From the NCBI GenBank assembly GCA_051453625.1, contig JBOZIK010000001.1, forward strand, positions 6,655,949-6,695,457: a stretch of DNA of 39,509 bases, in the 5' to 3' direction. Positions 23,231-35,790 of this stretch are shown in pieces (positions within the stretch are counted from its first letter, which is position 1; every line of letters starts with the position of its first letter). Source of the DNA: Welwitschia mirabilis (lineage: Eukaryota). A program made the position numbers and the translations under genes. The notes beneath the pieces are model-generated. The model was not told the origin of the DNA and made no database searches. It saw only the letters and a program-made list of their open reading frames with translations.

Positions 23231-23981
23231 TGTGGGGGTTGGGATAATACCCAGCAATCACACGGAGAACAATCTGGCTTTGTTTTCAATGGAATCCTTC
23301 TCATGTTTAAGGCTTTTGCCATTACTGCTAAAATGTTTTGCTTGACAAACAGAACAAGATAACAATTTTCTTTGATACAAATTAGGACTTGTTTTATATG
23401 CCAAGCTTAGGACTGGTTTTCTAATCTTGAGAATGAAGTGTTAGTTGTGGACATTTTAAGAGCAAACTCAGTTAGGGAAAGTTATGAATTATCATTCAGT
23501 TAACCTTACGTAAATATTATCCTTCTGGGAGTGCCCTTAAGATATTGAAATTTGAGAATATGAACTTTTAATTATAATGGAATTTGTGAATACTAGAGTA
23601 TTCTGTTTTTCATTTTAGTTGCAAGCATTATTGAATGCAATCATGCATTTTCCTTATGAAGTGTAAATTGTTTCAATGATATTTGACTGAGTTTTTATTT
23701 CATGCCTATAATTTTTTTAATGTTGTATAAACCTTCCTTCCTTTTGTGATGACTTACATTCTAATTTCCATAGTATAGTTTGCAAACATCTCAACATGTT
23801 AGATCTTCCTGAAACCCTCAACTGAAGGGACTTTTCAGTTTTATCTGTTTTCCCAATTCCTATTTTCAGATGAACTGGATTTTCAAACAACAATCTAAAT
23901 GGTTGTGTTATTTACAGTGCAACTTGATTGTTACAAATTTTACGTATTTATTTATGAAAATAAAATTAGTGTCAACTACAG

Positions 23982-24725
23982 CAATTACATCCAATGCCGA
24001 ACTGAGTCATAATGTACCAGGTAATGAAGTTTCTGCTCAGTTAACCCAAACTAGCATAGCAGATGCAAAGTCACAAACAAAACCAGCCGAACTTAACAAT
24101 GGAACAGACCTAATGACAGAAACAAAACTTTCCTTCACACAAGCAACTGTTATTAGAAATATGGCTGGAAAGGTTGAGGTGATAGGTGAAAGTTCAGAGT
24201 CCAGGCCAATTGGTGAAAAAGATTCAACAATCTCATCAGGTTCAAGTTCCTTAGTGGCAAATTCAATATCCAAGAGAGCAGAAGCTGAAAAGGAAAGTAT
24301 GCATTCTTTCCATGGAAAAGAAGCAAGTCAGATGACGTTGTTACCAGATGATCAGAATGATCAATGCAGCAAGCATCCAATCAAGGGCCAGGAATACGTG
24401 ACATCAGCTCAGCAGAAGCAAGTTGCAGATGAGAAACATGAAGAACATAGCTTGCCCGCACAAACTATATTGCCAAATCAGATAGATGGCAGTAGTGAGA
24501 TCCTAGAAGGTCCAGGAATGTCGGGATATAATGATACACAAAACAAAGGAAGAAACGAAAGTACTGCATTATTGCACACAGAACATCCATCCATGCAGAA
24601 TTTGAAGCTTGATGACGTCACCAACAATACAATTCAATCAAATGAAGACAAACGTTTCTGCAGCTGTTTCCCAAGTTTTGTTAGCACTGCCCTGTCAATA
24701 TGTTCAGAGAGGAAATCATCAAAAG
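23982..24725 (+). CDS. Large exon of an unidentified host gene (S/T/E/Q-rich, disordered, with a C-terminal FCSCFPSF motif)
   Basis: Lies within a 311-codon ORF with protein-like composition. Acceptor TACAG|CA and donor AAAG|GTTGTC are both phase 1. Flanks are T-rich and intron-like on the plus strand. Confidence 0.7.
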
Positions 24726-26574
24726 GTTGTCCCTCATATTCTTTTGATTTTATAAAACATTGTAGAAATTCATTGAGCATTAACATGATCGTTAAAGTAG
24801 AATAGATTTTTGTTCTCTTACCTTTCTTTGGTTTTAAATGTGTTAATGATTAACATATTTCTTTTTCTAAAGTCTTAAATTCCTAGTGCTTGAATAGAAT
24901 ATAGACTTTGGATTTTTATGTTGAAAATCAAGCGTGTATGAATAATAATTGACATCTAACTTATAATAATCGGATTTCAAATTATTCCCTAAGATTTTGC
25001 TAAGATAATCATGTTAGGGAGGAATCATATTTGATTTTATTTTATCTGACATACCTAAAAGAGACCAATGAGTTTCAATTCACACCAATTTAGAAATATG
25101 TCTGATTGACTTAAAGAAGAAAGTCTGATTATTTATTCCCTTGAAAAGTATCTCCTTGTCTTCACATCCTTTCCATTATCTCAGTTACACTCATTTTAGT
25201 ATAAATAACCTGTTCAAGTGTTAAGTTTCAGAGCTTCATAGTATCAATATTGTTAACTTCAAGTTATCACCTGCTTCAACAGTGGCATATGTTTCAGAGT
25301 AGTTGTCTCTGATGTGCCAGAAAAGGTCAAACTATCCTGTATGTTTAAAAGCTCTTCAGTGATAAATCAAGTTTTATGGCTTCTATTGATGGGGATGGCA
25401 AAGAACTGTTGTTTGAACCCTGGTTTCATTGCAATAGTAAAACCAAATGAGTTTTTGATTACTTTTACTCTTTTACATTTAGTTTTAGTTTTGCTTATGG
25501 ATTTTTGCAAAAATGTTACTCCAGTGTACATTATCTGTTTGAGTGCTTTAGGGTTTCTTAGAATGCATTGAAGTTGTTGGTGGGGCTCTCACTATAGCAT
25601 ACTGGACCAATTTATCATCTGCTGAAGCTTGTTATTTTTGAGTGACACATCTAGTGTGGTTCTTTGTTTTTGATAAGAAGATTTTATCCATCCAAAAGCA
25701 AGTTGTGAATGAGGATTTTACCCCTTGTTTTCATTATGCACTAAGAATGTGTTTGGAAGAAACTTCCATACTTCTTGTGCTTTGTTCATGTTTCCAAGTA
25801 GCATTATTGTTTCATTGCTGACATTGGTCACTTGTATTAGCTTTGTTTTTTTTGAATGAAAAATTAAGCTTTCATTACCTTTAGAAAATGAAGTTCCAAC
25901 ACTACAATAAAAAAACAGAGAGTATAGGACGAGATCAGAACAGAAAAACTGATGCACTTGTATTAGCTTTGCTGTTCTTTCATCTTCATCAAACTTGTTT
26001 ATATGTAACCATTAATATATCTTGTGAGATTGAAACCTTTCATAACTTCAAATAGTCTGGTTTTCCAAATTGCACTCATGAGTCAAAATATTGATGTTTC
26101 AACAAGGGTAGTGCACAAAGTAATGAGGTTATGGTTGTTCCTAAAGCTTGTTCTGTTTCCATTTTTATAGCAACATGCTTTTTTGCAAGCTTTGTGTCAG
26201 TTCTTGAACTTTTAGTTCATCTACTCTTCTGCAACTTACAAAAGGTTAATTCTTTACTCTGGTGACTGGAAATCCATCTGTAATTTTTTCATTGTTGTCA
26301 TAGCACTTGAAACCATGCTTTGATTGCATGTTGGAGTTTCCTGTAGCAAATGAAATTATAAACTGCAAGTTGATGATGGAAATGATATTCCATATTTGGA
26401 TTTAGTAATACATGCAGTCATTAGGCTTCACTTACATGTTTCTTGACTAGTGATAACTGATTTAATTGATGTTTATTCAAGAAATAACAAATTTGGTTTA
26501 GGATTCATGATGTTAACTCTGTTTTTGCATTTGGTTTCATGGACAAAACCTTTATTATTTTTCATGCTAATAGC

Positions 26575-27120
26575 TGTTACGAATTCAGAAAGAAAAACTG
26601 TGCTAAAACATCTAGAATAGCAAGCAAAATATCAACTCCAGGATTTAACGTGGAAACCTTTTGGGAAAAATCCCCGGGAAACAGACACAACTTTCTTAGG
26701 TGGAGCAAAGAAAGAATCAAATTTGGTAGAATAAACCCTCCACACAACCCGTTTAAATAGGGTTAGAGTTTCAAGCCAACTCAAAGACCACATTCAGTCT
26801 TTTCACCCTTTTATCTTTTGTTTACATTAGTTAACTACCTAAAGGGAGTTTACATAACTTCCCTTTACAACATGTTTAATTACAAAGGGGACAACGTTTA
26901 GAAATATAACNNNNNNNNNNNNNNNNNNNNNNNNNNNNNNNNNNNNNNNNNNNNNNNNNNNNNNNNNNNNNNNNNNNNNNNNNNNNNNNNNNNNNNNNNN
27001 NNNNNNNNNNACTACCTAAAGGGAGTTTACATAACTTCCCTTTACAACATGTTTAATTACAAAGGGGACAACGTTTAGAAATATAACGTTAAAACACTAA
27101 TTTGTCTTCATATCCCAACA
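26575..27120 (-). repeat. 3' LTR (about 369 bp once the artefactual gap is collapsed)
   Basis: TGTTACGAATTCAGAAAG...TCCCAACA, homologous to 31559-31924. Confidence 0.93.
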
Positions 27121-27131
27121 TTCTTCCCCTT
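27121..27131 (-). promoter_or_regulatory. Polypurine tract
   Basis: Plus TTCTTCCCCTT equals minus AAGGGGAAGAA, immediately before the 3' LTR TG. Confidence 0.88.
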
Positions 27132-30100
27132 GAAGACAAAATTAGCAGCCTCCAAGATTTTCAATTCTGCTCCAAACTCTGCCAAAGAGATGCCTGCTTC
27201 CAACTCTATCATTAGCCTAAGCCAAGTGCGCTGCAATAGGTCCTCTGCTTTAGCCCATCCATAGCCTTCATAAGGAAATTAGCAAGGTTATTCTTAGTAT
27301 GAATCTTCCACACCTCCAACATGCCTCTCTTTTATCATCTGCCTAATGAAATGATACTTAACATCAATGTGCTTGGTTTGTGCATGATATACTGGATTCC
27401 TGGTAAGTTGTATGGCACTATAACTATCACAGAATAGACCAAACTTGGATTGCTTTAAGCCAAGCTTCCAAGAAAACCACGTAGCCATACTAGCTCCTTT
27501 GCAGCCTGAATCAATGCCCCACATATTCTGCCTCTGTAGTTGTCAATACCATGTTAGCCTGCAAACATGACCTCCAACTTACTACATCACCTATAGTAAA
27601 AACATAACCTGAAGTCGACCTTCTGGTATCTCTGCAACTAGCAAAGTTTGAATCCATGTAACTCGTTAGGTGAAAATCAGCACCTACAAAGCACAAGCGT
27701 ATATCTTGTGTGTCTCTCAAATATCTAAAGACCCACTTGATAGCCTTCCAACGCTCCAGAACTGGATTACTCATAAAATGTGAGCCAACTCCCACTGCAT
27801 AGCAATATCTAGCCTTCTACAGACCATAGCATACATCAAACTACCAACAACAGATGTATAAGGAACACTTGCCATCTCAGCCTTTTCCTTCTCAGAAGTC
27901 GGACAATTATTGAGAGACAAATGAAATTGTGAACCAAGAGTACCAACATGCTTGCAATCAACCATGCTGAAGCGTTTCAGANNNNNNNNNNNNNNNNNNN
28001 NNNNNNNNNNNNNNNNNNNNNNNNNNNNNNNNNNNNNNNNNNNNNNNNNNNNNNNNNNNNNNNNNNNNNNNNNNNNNNNNNCTGAAGCGTTTCAGAACCT
28101 TCCTTACATATTTTGATTGACTAAGCCATAGCATCCTGTTAGACCTATCTTTGCTAATCCTCATGCAAGGATTTTCCTAGTAGCCCTAAGATCTTTAGTG
28201 GCAAAGGACCTAGACATCTCATCCTTCAAACGTTTCATCTTCCTCCTATCATTTCCAGCCAAATGCATGTCATCAAAATGAAGCATCGGAATAACAAGCT
28301 TAATTGATTTTCCAATGTTCAAGTAGACACAATAATGATAATCAGATTTGGAATATCCTTGCTTTTGCATGAAGTCATCAAACTTTTTGTACCATTGCCA
28401 AGGTGCCTATTTCAGGCCACAAAGAGACTTTTTCAACCTACACACAATGTTTTTCTTTCCAATGTCCAACCCCTTTGGTACCTGCATATAGATCTCATCT
28501 TCCAAATCACCATGGAGAAAAGTTGTTCTAGATCCAAATCAAAGTACTGTGCTTAATAGCTGGAGAGAAAATCTTAGTGAAATCAATACCAGGTCTTTGA
28601 CTAAATCCTTTAACAACCAACCTTGCTTTATAACGTTTAGAATCATCAGCCTCAGATTTCAGGACATAGACCCATTTGCATTTCAAAGCCTTCTTCCCTT
28701 CTAGTGACGACATCAAATACCATGTTTTGTTCATCTCCAAGCACTTCATCTCTTCATACATTGGACTCAGTGAAGAGATGGCTTCTACATAAGTTTCAGG
28801 TTCTCCGTTGTCAGTATACAAAACATAATGCAAAGATGGAGAATACCGTTCTAGTGGTCTAGTCACTCTAATCGATCTTCAGACCCAATGTTGCTAATTT
28901 GCCGCTTCATTATTAGAACTTTCTCCAACGTTTTCACCATTCCAATCAGATCCAACATCTGAACCGTACTCGTCAGAGTTGGAACTTGAGCTTTGTATCT
29001 GTTGCTGAATTTCCTCATCAGCATGATCATTCTCAACCACTTGAGTCCTTCGCTGGTGCGAGAATCAGAGCGTCCCTCACTTTGATTACTCTCTTGTGCC
29101 TTGAAAAACATCACGTTTTCAACAAACTCAACATCATGTGACCTCACAATTTTATGAGCCACGGGATCCCTAAGTGTATATCGAAAGTTATCATCTCCAT
29201 AACCCAAGAAAATGCATCTGCTACCTTTATTGTCTAACTTTACTGTCCCCTGCAAGTGCACATAAGCTACACAATCATAAATCCCCAAACGTGAAAGACT
29301 CACTGAGCTCCCACTCCAGAGAGGTTCTGGGACATCACCATTTAAAGCTAAATGTGGTGATCTGTTGATCAGGTATGTAGCTATCTTAGCAGCCTTTGCC
29401 CAAAATGTTTTAGGCATTGTAGATGAGGATAGCATGGATCTAATTCTAGTCAATGTATGCACAATTCCTGCTTCCTGACAAAGTGCAGCAAACTCATGCG
29501 AGGTATATTCACCTCTATTATCAGTCACCAAGCATTTGATTTTCCTTCCAGACTCATTTTCAACCCGAGCCTTAAATTCTTTGATTTTACTCAAAGCTCG
29601 ACTTTTAGAATGCATAAAGTAAACCCATGTCTTCCTACTAAATCTATTTATAAAAGAAATAAAATACACAGATCCACCCAAGGAAGTAATAGACATGTGA
29701 CTAGCAACATTAGAATAGACGACGTCAAGCTTTCCTACATTTCTATATATAGGATTTCTCTTAAAATGCACACATCTACTTTTGCTAATAGCACAATCAT
29801 GACAAAACTCAGGAGAAACAGAAGAGATACTAGGGAGAAGTAATTTCGAAGATGGTACCTTCATCCCATTAGTACTTAAATGACCCAGTTGTTGATGCCA
29901 TAAGAAAATCTCATCCGTAGCAGCCACAACCACAACACCACCAACAACCTTCGCTCTAAGAATATACAAGGTGCCTTCCTTCTTTCCTTGCAACAGTGCC
30001 ATGGCTTCTTTGCTAACCTTCCATCTGCCACCTTCATGCACAACTTTGCAAGCAAGATCATCCATCGAGCTAGAAGAAANNNNNNNNNNTAGATTCTTAG

Positions 30101-31544
30101 CCAACTTGAGAATATGATGTACGTTTCTCAATGTGAGTTTCTGGCCTTCATCCTATTTTAGGATCACGATACTAACTCCATCAACGCTGCAAACTCTATC
30201 ATCCCTTAGACAGATCCATTGCCCAACAATTGATCTATATTCAGAGAAATATTCTCTAAAAGGACAGATGTGGAAAGAAGCTCCAGAATCAACAATCCAA
30301 ATATCAAGAGCAGTATATCTGGAGACATTAACTGTAGTATCATTAGCTACTAGAACAACAACTACTTCACCATCCGAAGCAACCTCAACTTCTCCAGACT
30401 CTAACCTCGTCTTCTTCCTTTTGTTCTTTAAAAAGGACAGTCCTTCCGAAGGTGACCTCTCTTTTTGTAGTTCTAGCAAATCGATCCTCTACCAACAGAT
30501 TTCCCTCTACTCTGACTTGCTCCACGTTTTCCACCTCTGACTTGCGAATGGCATCCCCTGGCATTCAAAGCCTCTTTAGATATTGAGGCTCCAGAACAAG
30601 CGTCCATGGATCTACAATGCTTTTCTACATCTATCAGCTTTGCAATTACTGTATCATATTCAAGCAAACTCTTGGATGTGGCAGTTAAGGTTGTCCTCAC
30701 AGTCTCCCACGAATCTGGAAGAGAACTCAGCAAGGCACAAACCTTTAGATCTCCTCGAAATCAGTACCCAAGTCTTTGCTCGAGCAAACAGACCATTCAT
30801 GTTGTCTTGATGATTCTGCAATGGGGCACCTTCCTACATCTTCATGTTGAAGATCCCGTTCATGGTATAATATTTGTTCATATCGGTAGGTTGATCATAC
30901 CTCTCCTTTAGCGTTCTCTAAAGAATCCTAACTTTGGTCAACATCCTGTAAGAATTCAGGATTCTTTCGCTACCACAAGAGAAGAGGTAACTCGTTGCTT
31001 GTTGGTTTATATCTCTCCAGGTAGCATCTAGATATTTCTGATTAAAGTTGTTTAGTGTCAAACTAGTTTTAGAGATTCCTTCTTGCTTTGGCAAAAGAGC
31101 CAAATCGTAGCCCTTAAGGTTTAGGGGGTGTTCCGTTAGGACCTTCCAGTTGGCCCAGTTTTCAGCCCCTTTCAATCTGCCCTCATTCTGCAATCGATCC
31201 ATCACGGATGGCACGGACTATACGAACAATACAGGAGTTGTACGAACACCAAAAAACGATCATATGGATGTCCCAAAAACTTTTGCGCTTGCTCGCTTTG
31301 ATTGCTTGCAAGGGCCGACGCACTACGCTTCGCAGCAACGCTACGCTTCATTTGCTCCACTTCGTAGCCTGTCTCTACTACATTCCTTGGGATTCACTTC
31401 GCTCCGCCTAGCTCACTCCACTACGACAATCTACTTTGCTCCTCTTATGCTACTCCGCTTCGCTTCGCTTCCTAGGTTTTTTGACTCGCAAAAACCCTAG
31501 ATTTCACAACACAAGTCATAGTGCTTCAATCTGCAACAACAACT

Positions 31545-31556
31545 GCGATGATACCA
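31545..31556 (-). promoter_or_regulatory. Primer binding site (tRNA-iMet-like, diverged)
   Basis: Minus TGGTATCATCGC versus canonical TGGTATCAGAGC, 2 nt from the LTR end. Confidence 0.75.
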
Positions 31557-31558
31557 CT

Positions 31559-31924
31559 TGTTATGAATTCAGAAAGAAAAACTGTGCTAAAGCATCCAGA
31601 ATAGCAAGCAAAATATCCACGCTAGGATTTCATGTGGAAACCCTTTCATGAAAAAACCACAGGAAAGAGGTAGATCTCTCTTAGGTGGAGCAAAGAAAGA
31701 ATCAAATTTGGTACAACAAACCCTCCACACAACCCTTTTAAATAAGGTTAGGGTTACAAAGAAACTCAAAGACCGCGTTTAGTCTTTTCCCCTTTTATCT
31801 TTTGTTTACATTAGTTAACCACCTAAAGGGAGTTTACATAACTTCTATTTATAACATGTTTAATTACAAAGGGGACCATGTTTAGAAATATAACGTTAAA
31901 ACACTAATGTGGCTTCATATCACA
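31559..31924 (-). repeat. 5' LTR (366 bp)
   Basis: TGTTATGAATTCAGAAAG...ATATCACA, homologous to the 3' LTR. Confidence 0.93.
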
Positions 31925-34134
31925 ATAGTAGCCTCCTAGTGTATATTCTTCTTTTCTAGGCAAACTGTATGGAGGATGTTCCTTTGTGGAATGGCTTGTC
32001 CTTAATCTTTAAGCTGAATGGTTGCTTGGTTACACCATTGGATTGTTTCTTCCCTTACCCTAATTCCGTCCTTTGGGCTTTCACCAACCTCAATCATTTA
32101 TGTTTCATGAGCCTCCATATAACAAAGACATTTGGCTTTAATTTAGCCTGTTAGCTCATGTGAGGTGAAAATCACCCCCTAGTACTTTGATGTAGTGTTT
32201 CTTGCAAGGGGTCCAAAGCAACTATTTTTCAATAGAATATCCTATGAAAAACTTATGCTTCTTGCAAGATGGCCCCATGAAATGATTTTATTACTGAATT
32301 TTATATTGTCAATCACTTTGCTCATAGTGTCAAATGAATTCGACGATATATTTGATATACATATATCAAAGTATATGACCATCTATGATATAATAGGTGT
32401 AGAGATATTTATTTAATGCATATAAGAGGACTCTATGTTGTTTAAGATTGCACCTTCCTTGGGAGAGTTGTCCCTCTTTTGGGTATGACCATCCCTCATG
32501 AGGACGATACCAATATTAATAATAACTTTTTTCAACCTTTACATCTTTCGCCTATGTAGGATGTGGTGTAGGGTTTTCATTCTGTCACCTAAAAGATAGT
32601 TGCTGAAGTGACTAGCTTCTTTGTGCAGGATGTTTTATTACAAGCAAACTTCCCTAGGAAAGAGATGCTATAGAGCCTTTGTTTCTATCATCAGGGACAC
32701 AGATGCTGAGGTGGCTTGGTTATTGGTGCAGATTATTCCTTTGGATAGAGTGAAATCAACAAGTTTATGTCTTGTAGCAGCTAGTTTACGGATGACCTCT
32801 GAGGCCTTGTTTACAGGTGGCCTCTGAGGCCTCACTTCTCTTTATCTTCACATGGATACTCCTCTTCATTCTTGTGCTAATGATGCCTAAGTACTCTAGT
32901 GGTTGACATGGTGATTCCACTCTCTTGGCTTGTTATATACCATGCTTTCTTCCTAGAATTCCTTGTTCTACCCCTTACTATATCATAGCCAGAGTCCATT
33001 CATGTAACTACTTCTATTGGGTGTGTTTCTCTATTAGATGATCGGATGGAGGATGTTCTTTAGATTAGGGCATTTCCTCTAATGTTTCTTTATTTGTTTT
33101 TTCATTTCCTCTTGTTCTTTTCCCTCTTTTTGTTGTAGCACTTCCAGCACCTTTGTTATATTTTTCACACTTTACTACTATTTTTAATGCTTCTAAATTC
33201 AAAACATAAGTGAAAAAGAAAATCTTCTATGCTTTCTTTTGTCTGCATGGATCCCACTCTTTTAAACCTGGAAAAGGTACTCATCCTAATGTTTACATCT
33301 TAATTATTTCTATAATAGAGATATTACACTTGCATTTGCTGAGTTAATGCTTAAAATCTTGCTGAGTTAAGCTTTGACTCACAAGTTTGTGAGTTAGATG
33401 AGTCAATGGTCCTGCCTTTCTCTTGTAAGATGTTTCTTTTATTACCCTTTTTAAGATATAGATGGGATCCATCAAACTTCCGAAGTGCTTAAGCACACTT
33501 TTCAACTTGAATATTGTACTGGTAGCATGAATCACTATCATGACCTTATTTTCTTGTAAAATTTTATGTTAGTATGTGTTCTAGTATTACTTAACAATCT
33601 TTCTTTATTATCTCAAAGCTTAGTAAATTACAAGTTATAGACTTCTTCATGCCAATTAGCAAACGACAAGTTCTGCTACCTTGATTAACAGAATGACAGT
33701 TATGATCACGTTGAGATTAGAGTTGTTATGCCTGAAAAAGTCAAGAAATACTAAGTGATTTAGAAGACAGAATGATCAGTTATATTATTGCTAACATAAT
33801 TTATAGGAACACATTGATCTGAAATTTAGTGGATGTACAGCTAACAACATCACTTCTTAAGCATTTTAGACTTGTTAGGACTTAGGAGTGTTCAGGATAT
33901 TTGGATGTCTTCAAAGTTTTCCATTCGCGTGTAATACTGGAATATGGAAATAATCAATTAATCCATTTTGTAGATGTTTTTGGTCTGCCAAAATTATAGG
34001 ATATTATCTGATATTGTGCTGTTTAGAAGGAAAACATTTTCATCTTACAGTTTCGATAGAAACATTCCATTTATTTAATTTATGCAAGCACAGAGAAAGA
34101 GATATTAATTTGTTTGGTTGTGGTTGCAAATCAG

Positions 34135-34248
34135 ATGGCATGCTCAAGGAACCACTTTTGCCAAAGGTAGAATCGGATACCAATGCTGGATGGAGTTCAC
34201 AGTCTGGAAGCACTAAGCCAATACAATCACAGCATCCTTTGCTATCAG
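34135..34248 (+). CDS. Short symmetric exon (DGMLKEPLLPKVESDTNAGWSSQSGSTKPIQSQHPLLS)
   Basis: AATCAG| acceptor and CAG|GTCAGT donor, 114 nt, phase 1-1, higher GC than its flanks, homologous to 39013-39135. Confidence 0.7.
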
Positions 34249-35015
34249 GTCAGTATCCTTAATGTGTTTATTGGCACTGTTGTTTTGCCTTTTCATAATT
34301 AGACTTAACATTATAGAGAGCAAGAACTGGCACATATTCTTTCTTTAAGTTGGAATACCAATCCATTAGATGCCAAGTTAAAAGGGATACTTTCTTTTTC
34401 CTTTAAGTAAACATATATCTAGAAAACACATATTTTTCTGACATTAGGATTTTGATGCTTGAATGAAATTTTTGTCAACCTTCCTACATAACTAGACATA
34501 CCCATGTGTGATAATATATGTGTAGTGGACTTGGTGATAGGATGAAACAATAGCAAGCATGCAGTTTTTTGTGTCCTTGGAATTTTTGTGGAATTAGGAG
34601 TATGTTGGTACATACAAGCAAGCACACTTCAAAAATAATTGAATTTTAACTATAAACAACCCTTCTTGCTATTTAAACACTATCCTTATTTTTTCCTCTT
34701 ACTATCATTTTGTGAGTCACTTATGCATGCTCTAACCAATTTTCATCAGTAATCTAAGAACATTGCAGTAGAAATTGGAACCTAACCCCTTTCTTATATT
34801 TGGAACCTATTGCATGTAAAGTAAATTTAAAAAAAAAGAACATTTTCTAAGAGGCATATGTTGTGTATTAACTGTTCGACAGAAATGCCAACTAATAAGA
34901 TATCTACATTTGATGGTTCCCATTGTGGTAGCATACTGGTGATTGGTATTTGACTGTTAATAGATTACATAAATCTGTGTTTTGAGGCCATGAAATTGCC
35001 TTCTTGACAAGCAAG

Positions 35016-35108
35016 AAAGAAACAGACATGGTGATCTTGAGCTACAGGATCCCAAAACTGCAACACCTACCTTCAAGGAGGGACAGCACTTTATTGCTCT
35101 TGGCTTTG
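35016..35108 (+). CDS. Possible short symmetric exon (ERNRHGDLELQDPKTATPTFKEGQHFIALGF)
   Basis: Good donor TTG|GTAATT but a weak AAG acceptor. The 93 nt keep phase 1-1 without stops. Confidence 0.4.
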
Positions 35109-35339
35109 GTAATTCATTAAAGGTTTCTGTATTTTCCCCACTCATAATTCAAGATGGTTTCTTAGTGTAATGGTATATATGACATTTAAAACATTGGATC
35201 TAGTAACTGATGCATGCGAATGATAGCAGACACAATTGAAAGCATAAACAGTCAGGGTAGAATGTAAATCTACAAAAGAATGTACAATCACATGCTAGAA
35301 GACAAACATACAATGGAACACAAGCTACAACCAAGTGAA

Positions 35340-35790
35340 TTCCTATTGTAGAAGACTTACACAAAAAAACAGTTATGATATATGACATATTTGTCCATGG
35401 TAGAAGACTCACCTAAAAGCACTTATAATAGAGGACATACTTGTCCATTGTAGGAGACAAGAATATAGTAGACCACTAATTTGGAAGATTGGACATGTAT
35501 GGTATAATGGCGTAGACCACTAACTTGGAAGGTGGGACATGCATGGTAGGAATGTATTCCCTACATGATAGAATGGAGTAGACAATTCTGTACATTGTAG
35601 CTTCTCTTGGTAGCATCTGTAGTATGACCCTTGGTTTCAAATAAAGCATCTATGATTTTGGCTATGGGTTCACTTTCATGGTTGTATTGTTTACAGAGTG
35701 GCTTGTCTTGGTAGCATCTTTGGTACGACCCTGGGTTTGAAATAAAGCATCTATGTTTTTGGCTATGAGGCCACTTTCATAGGTGTTTGA
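35340..35790. repeat. Cluster of short tandem duplications (periods about 50, 44 and 101 bp)
   Basis: GACATA.TTGTCCAT.GTAG.AGAC at 35384 and 35434; GACCACTAA.TTGGAAG at 35471 and 35515; CTTGGTAGCATCT...AAATAAAGCATCTATG at 35606 and 35707. Confidence 0.85.

Larger units (their letters stand above)
26575..31924 (-). mobile_element. Full-length degenerate Ty1/copia element (Tork/Tnt1-like) in an intron
   Basis: Two homologous LTRs, TSD ATAGC/ATAGT, and in order gag (LSSLPDSWE), protease WIVDSGASFH, LWHQQLGH, integrase IKCLVTDNRGEY, RT RYKARLVVKGFSQRPGIDF and RH CDSYSAI...HAQTKHIDVKYHFIR. Many stops and frameshifts. Confidence 0.96.

Noticed and set aside
22279-23322. E/R/K/G-rich and F/P/S/L-rich ORFs on both strands
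   Set aside because: Translation artefacts of GA/TC low-complexity DNA.
29174-30911. Plus-strand ORFs overlapping the copia pol
   Set aside because: Antisense shadows of the minus-strand coding sequence.
35340-35790. CRISPR-like repeat-spacer array
   Set aside because: Only two-copy diverged tandem duplications with no unique spacers and no cas genes, in a eukaryotic context.
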